A stretch of DNA of 64,000 nucleotides from an uncultured Candidatus Saccharibacteria bacterium (GTDB lineage Bacteria; Patescibacteriota; WWE3; UBA101185; UBA10185): positions 33,074-97,073 of the forward strand of contig CAZILK010000002.1 of NCBI GenBank assembly GCA_964540135.1. Direction: 5' to 3'. Below, one piece after another: positions 20,334 to 28,880 of the stretch. Made by a program: the position numbers and the translations under genes. A model generated the notes under the pieces. That model made no database searches, was not told the origin of the DNA, and worked only from the letters and a program-made list of their open reading frames with translations. Position 1 is the first letter of the stretch. The number at the start of each line of letters is the position of its first letter.

Positions 20334-21098
20334 CTAATCAAACCTTGAATTTTCAAGCATGTACAAATAGGTTACGCTCTTACTTGTCAGTTCGTGATCC
20401 AAATCAAGCTTTAGTTTTTTCGCAATAGCCTTGAGTTTCGGGACTATGATATCGCTGTCCTTATCTGTCATCATTTCTAGCTCAACCCCAGTTTTAAAAT
20501 CTTTAATATCATCAATGACTACTTTGCATTCACCGTATTTATATACTAATCGATCTTTATCAAGAGTAGTCATCTCTCTAAGGTTCATGAGGTTAAGTAG
20601 CCTTAAAGCACTCTCATAATCTGGAATATCTATCTCCTGTTCAATACAAGTATCATGTTTATATGGTGTTACTAACCTTTTTATCTCCAAAGTTGTTGTC
20701 ATCTTCCCTGTATAACCATTGTCTTGTTCTCTAATTCTTAACCCAAAACCAACACCGTTATCAAACCATTCATCTTTCTGATCTATATTTTTTATACTAC
20801 TTGGGACAAACCAATGATCTATTACATGACCGTGGTAAATAACATGCGCACCAAGTTGTAATAATATTGCCTCCACCTGTAGACGGTTTGGTGTTAAAAA
20901 GCGTAATTCAACCTCATTCAGCGGTGTTCTCGCCTCTTTTTGTGATAAAAAGGTATTAATGTCTGATTCCCTAATTCTTACTACCCTACCAACCTTGGTA
21001 GCCTTCAGTTTGCCCTGTGCAATATAGGTTCTAACTGTTTGCCAGTGAATCTTCAAATAAGCTGCAGTGTCTTTAATTGTTAATAGCCTATCACTCAT
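20334..21098 (-). CDS. excisionase-type HTH (HTH_17) fused to a CYTH triphosphate-tunnel domain
   Basis: LLTIKDTAAYLKIHWQTVRTYIAQGKLKATKVGRVVRI, then EVELR, LRIR, LEIK, KDR, IDD, VELE. Confidence 0.85.
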   Translation of the reverse strand: MSDRLLTIKDTAAYLKIHWQTVRTYIAQGKLKATKVGRVVRIRESDINTFLSQKEARTPLNEVELRFLTPNRLQVEAILLQLGAHVIYHGHVIDHWFVPSSIKNIDQKDEWFDNGVGFGLRIREQDNGYTGKMTTTLEIKRLVTPYKHDTCIEQEIDIPDYESALRLLNLMNLREMTTLDKDRLVYKYGECKVVIDDIKDFKTGVELEMMTDKDSDIIVPKLKAIAKKLKLDLDHELTSKSVTYLYMLENSRFD

Positions 21099-21224
21099 GC
21101 TAACGATTATATCATATTCATTATTTTAGGTGATAGGCGCAAGTTAGCCAATCTGTTGCATATGTCAAATTACCATGACACTTGACACATACCTCACAGG
21201 GAGAATATTATCCGATTACTTACT

Positions 21225-22496
21225 ATGATTGACACTAGATTACTGGAGCATATTATACTTAACCCGCATTGCAAAATTGCGGATATCCAAAAGGAACTGG
21301 GCTATAACAGAACTACTCTACTTTACAAGCTGGAAAGGCTTATAAAAGAAAGGGTAATTAAAAAGGCATTTGAAGGCAAAGTAGCTGTATACCTGCCTTC
21401 TGAAAAATCAGCAATTGAGAGCTATTTCAACTCACAAATAGACGAAACAAAGAACATACAACACCAACTACTCACTAAGTTTAAGGTAAAAAAAGGTAAA
21501 GTTGCCAAAACAAAGCCAAAGCTTGTGTTTGTTAACTACTACGACCTGCTACCTGCCTTTAAGGAAGAGCTCAACACTGCCTATGAAATAACCGACTATT
21601 CAAATAAAGAATTATTTCTCTCGCAAGAAGAATTTGCATATCGCGCGCAAGATGCTGACGTTATAGTTAATAACTGGGCATGTGATGTTGGCAAATCACT
21701 TATCAAACAGCTGCCAAAACTAAAATATATGCATGTTTCAACACACATGTATCGTTACGTTGACCTAAAAGCACTAGACGAAAACAAGATTCATTTTTCA
21801 TATCTTCAAGCACCTGATTACAGGGTTCACGCTCTCTCAGAGTTTGCAATTGCACAAACCTTTGCCCTACTTAGAAAAGTTGCTGTTGCATCTTCCCAAT
21901 TAAGATCTGGAGTTATGGAATTCAAACAATTCACTGGCGATGAACTAAGAGGAAAGGTTGTTGGAATTATTGGTACCGACGCTGTGAGTAAAGAGCTCTT
22001 TTATTCTCTTAAAAATTTAGGGACTGAGGTATATGTTCACAACGAGAACGCAGCTGCCAATCCGCATGACTGGGGTTTGTCTAAATTCACACCACTTAAA
22101 ATGTTGGTTGAGCAGTCTGACATACTTTATCTTGTAAACAGTGAGGACACTCCGCCTAAAGTTTGCGAAAGGCTTGATGCGAGTTTACTAAACTTCATCA
22201 AAAAGCCTACATACCTAATAAGTATTACAAAACACAAATATATCGACACCAAGCTTATCAAAAAATTCATCTATAACGGCAAAATTAAAGGACTGGCCTT
22301 AGATTATTTCGAAGATATGAATAAAATCAAAGAGCTTAAAGACTCTGAAATTAGTACCATCACCTACCTCCCCAATGTTTTAATAACACCAGACATAGCT
22401 TGGAGCACCAAGACATCGATTGAAAATATGAACATTGCAACGAACAAATACCTAATGGCATACGCAAAAGGAGATCATAGCTATTTGCTACTTTAA
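21225..22496 (+). CDS. winged HTH fused to a degenerate D-2-hydroxyacid dehydrogenase domain
   Basis: KIADIQKELGYNRTTLLYKLERL; ELRGKVVGIIGTDAVS, GLALDYF, LITPDIAW. Confidence 0.82.
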   Translation: MIDTRLLEHIILNPHCKIADIQKELGYNRTTLLYKLERLIKERVIKKAFEGKVAVYLPSEKSAIESYFNSQIDETKNIQHQLLTKFKVKKGKVAKTKPKLVFVNYYDLLPAFKEELNTAYEITDYSNKELFLSQEEFAYRAQDADVIVNNWACDVGKSLIKQLPKLKYMHVSTHMYRYVDLKALDENKIHFSYLQAPDYRVHALSEFAIAQTFALLRKVAVASSQLRSGVMEFKQFTGDELRGKVVGIIGTDAVSKELFYSLKNLGTEVYVHNENAAANPHDWGLSKFTPLKMLVEQSDILYLVNSEDTPPKVCERLDASLLNFIKKPTYLISITKHKYIDTKLIKKFIYNGKIKGLALDYFEDMNKIKELKDSEISTITYLPNVLITPDIAWSTKTSIENMNIATNKYLMAYAKGDHSYLLL

Positions 22497-22500
22497 TACA

Positions 22501-23472
22501 ATGAAATTTGTTGCATTAGATTTAGGCTATATCCATTTTGAACACCTAAGTAAAATTGGGGATATCGAGGGAATAACTGATTTTAAATACTTCCCTATCC
22601 CACCAATTGATGAGGCTGAAATCATCGCCAGAATTGGAGATGCTGAGCTTGTAACTGGGAGGGTTTATTGCAAAATTAACAAACATGTTATCGAGAATGC
22701 CACAAACCTCAAAGCAGTATTTACACAATCAGTGGGTTTTGATCACATAGACACTGACTTTGCAAAGTCTAAAGGTATTAAAGTCTACAATTGCCCCGGA
22801 TATAACTCAAATTCGGTTGCAGAGTTCGCGTTTAGCCTAGTTTTAAGTCTTTTTAGAAAAATCCCAGCTGCTCAAGAACACGTTAGAGCCGGCGGTGTTG
22901 AATACAGACTATTTGAAGGTACGGATCTCAGAAATAAAACAATTGGAATTATTGGAGCCGGCAATGTGGGCAGTAAAATTGTTTCAATTGCCAAAGGGTT
23001 TGGCATGAAGCCTCTTGTCGCTACAAAAAACCCATCTAACAAAAGAGCGCAGGCTATAGGAATAGAAGGCTTCACAGATTTAGACAAATTGTTAAGAAAC
23101 TCTGATGTAATTGTGGTTGCAGTTACCCTAACCCCTGAAACCAAGGGACTGCTGGGGAAAAAAGAACTTGGATTAATACCACAAACTAGTTTTCTGATCA
23201 ATATATCAAGACAAACAGTTATAGATGAGAACGAGCTCGCTAAACGAATAGTGGAAAGAAAAATTGCAGGCGCTGCATTAGATTTATTGCTAAAAGACCC
23301 TTTTAAAATTGACGAACATTCGCTCCTGATTCAAGAAATGGTTAATATGCCAAATGTCATAATAACTCCACATATTGCAGCTGAAACAAAAGAAGCGAAC
23401 TACAACCTAGGTGTTATAACGCTTGAAAACATTACAAACTTCTTAAGAGGAGTTGACCAAAACTTAGTATAA
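22501..23472 (+). CDS. D-isomer-specific 2-hydroxyacid dehydrogenase
   Basis: SVGFDHID, SVAEF, GIIGAGNVG, INISR, ITPHIA. Confidence 0.93.
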   Translation: MKFVALDLGYIHFEHLSKIGDIEGITDFKYFPIPPIDEAEIIARIGDAELVTGRVYCKINKHVIENATNLKAVFTQSVGFDHIDTDFAKSKGIKVYNCPGYNSNSVAEFAFSLVLSLFRKIPAAQEHVRAGGVEYRLFEGTDLRNKTIGIIGAGNVGSKIVSIAKGFGMKPLVATKNPSNKRAQAIGIEGFTDLDKLLRNSDVIVVAVTLTPETKGLLGKKELGLIPQTSFLINISRQTVIDENELAKRIVERKIAGAALDLLLKDPFKIDEHSLLIQEMVNMPNVIITPHIAAETKEANYNLGVITLENITNFLRGVDQNLV

Positions 23473-24285
23473 TTAGACTAGCACTGCTTCTCCCCTATTG
23501 TTTAAGACTTTAAACTTCTTTGCATTCTTCCACATGAACTCAAACACCTGCTTTTGCATCTCTGTAAGTTCTTTATTATAAATCTCAACACAAAAGATAT
23601 CAGCATCTTGATAACGGTAAAGAGCGTAAACATCGTTATAAATGAGAATTTCAAAGTTAATCTTCATTTGTTTTGCAGGAATATGTCTTATGCTCCAGTA
23701 TTTCTCAACCATCTCGTGTGTAGAAGTCCAAGCTGCAATCTTGACAACATTTGTCAGTGTTCTTATCTTTATCTTGTTCTCAACAAACCTATACCGCATG
23801 TCTTCGGCATACGCTTTATCTAAAAAAGCACTCATGTCTGAGACCTCAAGTGTAAGTAGTTCTCCTTTAGCTTTTAAAGAATTCCAAGTTACTTGCTTTA
23901 GACCCTCAACACCATGGTAATAAAGTACTTTTGAGTTCTTTTGTTCAGTGTTTGGCAGTAGTGCTAACTGCTCCTCAAGTGAATCTATATTGTTCTTAAA
24001 TAACCTGGCTTCAAACTCCTTTTGGGCAACTAAGGCTTCGAGTTGTACTTTGCCAGCAGCTTCAAATCGCTGACCCCTTGAATCAAGGATTGAATTAACT
24101 AGACCTATCTTAAGCAAACTGTCCAACATTCGGTACACTCTAGTTCTTGGGATCTCCAGCTTGCGACTTATCTCAAGGGCTGTATAGCTTGTATTTCTCC
24201 TTAATAACAGGTATAAAGAGGCTTCGTCTTGTTTAAGACCAAGAGGCAATAACAACGGTAATAAACTGTCTGTTTTATCGGACAT
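23473..24285 (-). CDS. TrmB-family transcriptional regulator
   Basis: LGLKQDEASLYLLL, ISRKLEIPRTRVYRMLDSLLKIGLV, YYHGVEGLK, FEFMW. Confidence 0.88.
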   Translation of the reverse strand: MSDKTDSLLPLLLPLGLKQDEASLYLLLRRNTSYTALEISRKLEIPRTRVYRMLDSLLKIGLVNSILDSRGQRFEAAGKVQLEALVAQKEFEARLFKNNIDSLEEQLALLPNTEQKNSKVLYYHGVEGLKQVTWNSLKAKGELLTLEVSDMSAFLDKAYAEDMRYRFVENKIKIRTLTNVVKIAAWTSTHEMVEKYWSIRHIPAKQMKINFEILIYNDVYALYRYQDADIFCVEIYNKELTEMQKQVFEFMWKNAKKFKVLNNRGEAVLV

Positions 24286-24325
24286 CAGTTTGATAGTACA
24301 TCAATTGCTACTTATAATGCAAGAC

Positions 24326-25207
24326 ATGCACTATTCAAAAGGTGTTGTCTACATCTTAATATCAGCGGTCTTTTACGCCTCGTACGGCGTATGGTCTAGG
24401 CTGATGGGTTCATCTTTTGGTGAGTTTACCCAAGCCTGGACACGAGGACTATTCCTACTGGTAGTTATTCTGATACTCAACAGTAAATTTAAGTTCTTAA
24501 AGAAGTTTGGTAAGAAAGATTTGCCTTGGTTTATGCTAATTGCACTTGCCGGAGGTATTAATCAAGCTCCTTATTACTTTGGGTTTCAACATCTGCAAAT
24601 TGGTACTGCTACCCTACTCTTTTATGCCTCTCTTGTTGTTGGAGGATATGTTATGAGTAAGGTATTTCTACAAGAGAAAATTAACTCAACCAAGCTTTTT
24701 AGCCTTGGACTTTCAATTCTTGGCATGGTTTTAATTTACAAATTTTCACTCAGTACTGGGCAGCTTTTGGCAGCCGTTTTAACCTGTATCGCAGGGATTC
24801 TTGGAGCAGCAACTGTTGTACTTACAAAAAAACTTTCGGGAAATTATTCCGAGCTTCAAATTATGATTGGTTATTTTGCATTACAAGTAGTGATTAACCT
24901 CCCGCTTGCAGTTCTCAGTCACGAAGTAATGCCCTCTTTCTCAAATACAACAGCTTGGGTCGCACAAATCCTCTATGCATTTAGTATGCTTGCAGCCAAC
25001 TATGCTGTGATCGAGGGTTTTAAACATGTAGACGGAAGTATCGGCAGCTTAATCGGACTTGCTGAAATACTCTTTGGTGCTTTCTTTGGCTGGCTGTTGT
25101 TCTCAGAACTAATCTCAGCTTTTACTTTAATGGGTGGAATTATAATTATTGCTGCAGCAGCATATCCAAGTTTAAGAGCTAGAACTAAAGATGATCTTAA
25201 CTACTAG
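24326..25207 (+). CDS. EamA/DMT family transporter
   Basis: About 10 TM helices in two repeats, FLQEKI and LFSE motifs; start at ATG 7 nt after TATAAT. Confidence 0.88.
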   Translation: MHYSKGVVYILISAVFYASYGVWSRLMGSSFGEFTQAWTRGLFLLVVILILNSKFKFLKKFGKKDLPWFMLIALAGGINQAPYYFGFQHLQIGTATLLFYASLVVGGYVMSKVFLQEKINSTKLFSLGLSILGMVLIYKFSLSTGQLLAAVLTCIAGILGAATVVLTKKLSGNYSELQIMIGYFALQVVINLPLAVLSHEVMPSFSNTTAWVAQILYAFSMLAANYAVIEGFKHVDGSIGSLIGLAEILFGAFFGWLLFSELISAFTLMGGIIIIAAAAYPSLRARTKDDLNY

Positions 25208-26048
25208 GTCTTTCTGATGCTCGCCTTCCCCATCCTGTACCTGGATCAAAGCGGTCGGTATCATATGGTGGTGGTACTGTAAGATCGTCTATAAGCCATG
25301 TATACCTATCTCCGTGTTTCAGCACTGTGTCAGATCTTTTTAAGTTGGGATAAAATCTGTCCGCAACCTTGTAATACAAAAATGTTAGGATGTAATCGCC
25401 GTTTGACCAGGTAACTTTTGGTAATTGCCTTGAAAGATTAAGCTCATCCAAAGTTGGAACCTCAAAAACACGTATTTTTCTTGTACCTGGTAGTCGGATT
25501 AAGTTAGTAGCCGCTATATAGGCCTCGGATATAGCGCTTTGTTCAACACCCATCTCTGTTAACTTTTTGACAATATTACCAGTCTGTTCGCCAAAAATTC
25601 TTAGATCATCAGCTACTACAAGATCATAACCTTTAAGGCTGCCCAGATCAGCTATTTCGTCTACGCTTATTGTTGAAAATCTATCTGGAGACCTTGTTGC
25701 TAGCTTGTCAGCTATCCAAACCCTACTCCCTCTCTCATCGCCATCATGAATCAACAGTATAGGCAGTTCACTAGATTCAAGATTAGCAGCTAAAACATCC
25801 AATGCATCTTCAAAAGTTTTATCATCTATGCATCTTATATTTGACCGTATGCCTTCTAAGCAGGTATCTGTGCCTCCGCTATTTAAAAATGCATCTCTAA
25901 AGTCTTCGAGCAGATCTAATCGCAACTGCTCAGGAGGGTTTTCTGGACTAATCAGTGGAGCGAGGCTCTCGCCATTTAAGCCAAGAGTCTCAAAAGATAC
26001 AGCTGCTGCTTCAGCGTATCGTACTTCATTATGCGCGGTAAGTATCAT
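25197..26048 (-). CDS. hypothetical protein with a type I phosphoribosyltransferase-like motif
   Basis: LVVADDLRIFGEQ resembles the PRPP-binding loop. Confidence 0.55.
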   Translation of the reverse strand: MILTAHNEVRYAEAAAVSFETLGLNGESLAPLISPENPPEQLRLDLLEDFRDAFLNSGGTDTCLEGIRSNIRCIDDKTFEDALDVLAANLESSELPILLIHDGDERGSRVWIADKLATRSPDRFSTISVDEIADLGSLKGYDLVVADDLRIFGEQTGNIVKKLTEMGVEQSAISEAYIAATNLIRLPGTRKIRVFEVPTLDELNLSRQLPKVTWSNGDYILTFLYYKVADRFYPNLKRSDTVLKHGDRYTWLIDDLTVPPPYDTDRFDPGTGWGRRASERPSS

Positions 26049-26139
26049 TTCTAATTATAGTTTTATACTTAATAAATTAATTAATACCAAAATCAAAAAC
26101 GGAATACTCTTTTAAGTTTATAAGTTGGTGCACAGAAAT

Positions 26140-26700
26140 TCAATGTTCTTGGTTTAAAGCATCATCAAGCACCATTCTAAGATATTCAGATTTATTTACT
26201 CCTAACTCTTTTGCTTTACTTTCAAGATGAGCTTTATGTCTATCGGAAAGAAATAGGTTAAACCTGTTATGCAGGGTTTCGGTTGATATTTTGGTGATGA
26301 AATTTTCAAGAATCTCCTCATACGTATACTCGTTATATTTAGCACCGTGGAAATACCTGCTCTTAATCTTTTGGGAATAATCTTCATGTACTGACAGGCA
26401 TAACACATGTTTATTTGATTGAATTGCAAGAGTTGCTTCGTGCCCTAGTTGAAAATCTTCTTCACTAATTTCCATAATCACAGCATTTGCCCACTCAATC
26501 CCCTTTTTGATAGCAAGATAATGCTCTTCTTGTTTGGTCTTGAGATGTGAAGTTTTAGAAGTATTTAAGAGTGCTTTGTAGTTATTCTTTTCAGGAGATG
26601 TAACTACAAGATGCATTTCATCTAATTTTTTAAGTATTTTATCGTAATTTGCTTGATAGGACTTCTTTCCTCTAAACGATGCTGTAAAAAAGATGTTCAT
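26140..26700 (-). CDS. nucleoside 2-deoxyribosyltransferase-like domain fused to a C-terminal ribbon-helix-helix
   Basis: IFFTASFRG, AVIMEIS...LGHEATLA, KHVLCL; RFNLFLSDRHKAHLESKAKELGVNKSEYLRMVL. Confidence 0.75.
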   Translation of the reverse strand: MNIFFTASFRGKKSYQANYDKILKKLDEMHLVVTSPEKNNYKALLNTSKTSHLKTKQEEHYLAIKKGIEWANAVIMEISEEDFQLGHEATLAIQSNKHVLCLSVHEDYSQKIKSRYFHGAKYNEYTYEEILENFITKISTETLHNRFNLFLSDRHKAHLESKAKELGVNKSEYLRMVLDDALNQEH

Positions 26701-26763
26701 ACATATGTATGTATACACTAGTATATACAGGAATGCAAGAACAGTGGTATATAGTATATACAT
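26698..26763. promoter_or_regulatory. divergent intergenic region with palindromic operator candidates
   Basis: CATACATATGTATG (26698-26711, perfect), GTATACACTAGTATATAC (26711-26728), GTATATAGTATATAC (26747-26761). Confidence 0.55.
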
Positions 26764-27220
26764 ATGATTACAGGTATCGGAACACATATTAAAGTTAGGG
26801 ACTTTAAAAAATCAGTGGCTTTTTATAAAGCACTTGGCTTTAAGAAAGTCTTTGAATGCGGACCAAAATGCCCCGTGAAAGAAGCTTATAGCGGGATGAT
26901 TTTTGAAACACGGTGGCTGTAAGCTAGAAATCGCTGATGGTCACAGAGCTGTTAAAAAAGAGGTGTTTTTAGAACAAGTTACAAGTTCAAAAATATCGTT
27001 AGTAATATATGTCTCAACTCTTGGAAACGTGATCAAGTCTTGCGAACGAGCCGGCATTACAATTGCTGTAAAACCAAGACATTTCTACTGGAATACACTT
27101 GAGCTTGTTATAAAAGATCCTGACGGAGTTGTTCTAGTATTTGTAGCGCCATACATTAAACGCGAAGCTAAAAAACTAAACGCAGATGAAACATATTCTG
27201 TACAGAGCATGAGTCCTTAA
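26764..27220 (+). pseudogene. VOC/glyoxalase-family protein interrupted by a +1 frameshift
   Basis: HIKVRDFKKSVAFYKALGF from ATG 26764; an extra A at 26906-26908 separates it from HGGCKLEI...YWNTLELVIKDPDG. Confidence 0.75.
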
Positions 27221-27281
27221 TGCATTAATTGACAGTGATATGGAGCTTTGCAAAATTAAAACAAAATGTTTTAATTACTGT

Positions 27282-27779
27282 ATGACATCTGAAACGAACA
27301 GTGACAAAGAAGTAGTACACGCTGAAAGAGAGCCTTCTGTGGACATGAGCGCTGCGTGTCTTTTGTATCTTATTCAAAATAGGGTTGGCGTAAAAGAAAG
27401 TATTTTTGTAAATTGGTCCCAAAGTAATGCAAGCGGTGCAAAAATAAGTGACGAGCCGGGACTTCTTGAGGAAATAATAAATGTTGCGAATGAAGGCCCT
27501 AACACAGACGTGGATGAAGACAGAGTACGAGCGTGGTTCGGCGTATTAAAATATAACGCTGGTGCTAGTTTTATATCGATTGAACAGGCACGAGGTCTGG
27601 GGAAAAGGGTAGGTGTTTTAATAGATTATTTACAAGACAGAGGTGTTGGCGCTGAGAGAGAACTAGCGACTTTAAACGAGGAAAATATCGGTCCAACACT
27701 TAGAAATGAGATTTTAAAGGCTACGCCTTCGTACGGAATATCTCCTAGTCAGTCAGAACAGATCTCCTCACTAGTGTAG
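27282..27779 (+). CDS. hypothetical protein
   Basis: 165-aa ORF with no recognised motif. Confidence 0.55.
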   Translation: MTSETNSDKEVVHAEREPSVDMSAACLLYLIQNRVGVKESIFVNWSQSNASGAKISDEPGLLEEIINVANEGPNTDVDEDRVRAWFGVLKYNAGASFISIEQARGLGKRVGVLIDYLQDRGVGAERELATLNEENIGPTLRNEILKATPSYGISPSQSEQISSLV

Positions 27780-27914
27780 TTTTTCATACTTAATTTTCCC
27801 GATACAGAGCTCATCCTGTTTTTGTAGCTCTATACAACAAACAAGGAGCTAAAAGCAGACAAAATCTTCGCAATACAACCTGAGCCTGGTTAGCTTTTTT
27901 GATATACTTCCAGC

Positions 27915-28436
27915 ATGAGTAATATCACAATCAGAGAAGCAAAGCTAACAGATGCTGGAAGAATTGCAGAAATTCACATTAAAACTTGGCAGTTTGCCTA
28001 TAAAGGACTGATGCCGGATATTTTTCTCGCAGGTCTTTCTGTAGAAGCAAGAAAGACTTCATGGGAGAAAGCTCTATCTAATCCTAATCCAAAGGAAAGA
28101 TTTTTTGTAGCAGAATTAGATGGAAAACTTGTTGGTTTTTGTGGTCTTGGGGCAAGCAGAGACAATGATGCAGCTGAGGATACGGGTGAACTATACGCGA
28201 TCTATATTGATCCAGATTACATGGGAATAGGTGCAGGTTCTATACTAATGGCTACAGGACTTGCCTATCTTAAGGAAGTGGGTTTTAACTCTGCAACTCT
28301 TTGGGTTTTATCAACAAATACAAAAACACGCGAGTTTTATGAACACAAAGGGTGGAAAGCTGACGGCAAAACTAAAGTAGAAGCAAGACAAGATTTTGAG
28401 CTTCATGAGACTAGGTACGTTACTAGCTTAGTGTGA
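27915..28436 (+). CDS. GNAT family N-acetyltransferase
   Basis: IREA, GELYAIYIDP, GIGAGS, LWVLSTN, FYEHKGW. Confidence 0.92.
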   Translation: MSNITIREAKLTDAGRIAEIHIKTWQFAYKGLMPDIFLAGLSVEARKTSWEKALSNPNPKERFFVAELDGKLVGFCGLGASRDNDAAEDTGELYAIYIDPDYMGIGAGSILMATGLAYLKEVGFNSATLWVLSTNTKTREFYEHKGWKADGKTKVEARQDFELHETRYVTSLV

Positions 28437-28457
28437 AAACCGAAAAACTATCAATAA

Positions 28458-28778
28458 CTAGACTAACGAGATAGGATAAATATCAAAAGAAACCTCATCA
28501 TAGGGATGAACTTGTTTTACTGCTGCCATAACTCCCTGAAGAAGATCTTTTGAGCAAACTGCTTCGATCCTCTCTTCCTCAGCTTCTGCAAACTCACCCA
28601 CTGAACCGATAACTGGATTAGCACCATTTAAAGGCTTGTAACGAGCTACTCCCGTTACCGAAAAACTACAATGACTATAGTTACCTATTTTCCCAGCTCC
28701 GGCATCCCCCATCGCTTTTCTTACCTGATCTGCATGTGTAACTGGTACAAAAACAGCTAATTTAACAATATCTTCCAT
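28458..28778 (-). CDS. YqfO-like protein (stand-alone PII-like domain of NIF3/YbgI)
   Basis: KLAVFVP, AGAGKIGNYSHCSF, HPYDE. Confidence 0.88.
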   Translation of the reverse strand: MEDIVKLAVFVPVTHADQVRKAMGDAGAGKIGNYSHCSFSVTGVARYKPLNGANPVIGSVGEFAEAEEERIEAVCSKDLLQGVMAAVKQVHPYDEVSFDIYPISLV

Positions 28779-28880
28779 AAAGCTAGATTAGACTATATTT
28801 GCCAAAAGATAAATATGAAAAAGATAAAGAAAGTAAGCAAATACCAATACCCCCGATCAACCTCAACAAGTCGAGGTGCT

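Noticed and set aside
19090-21098. Integrative element at tRNA-Trp with an excisionase
   Set aside because: No integrase and no duplicated tRNA 3' end found by eye; the HTH is fused to an enzyme
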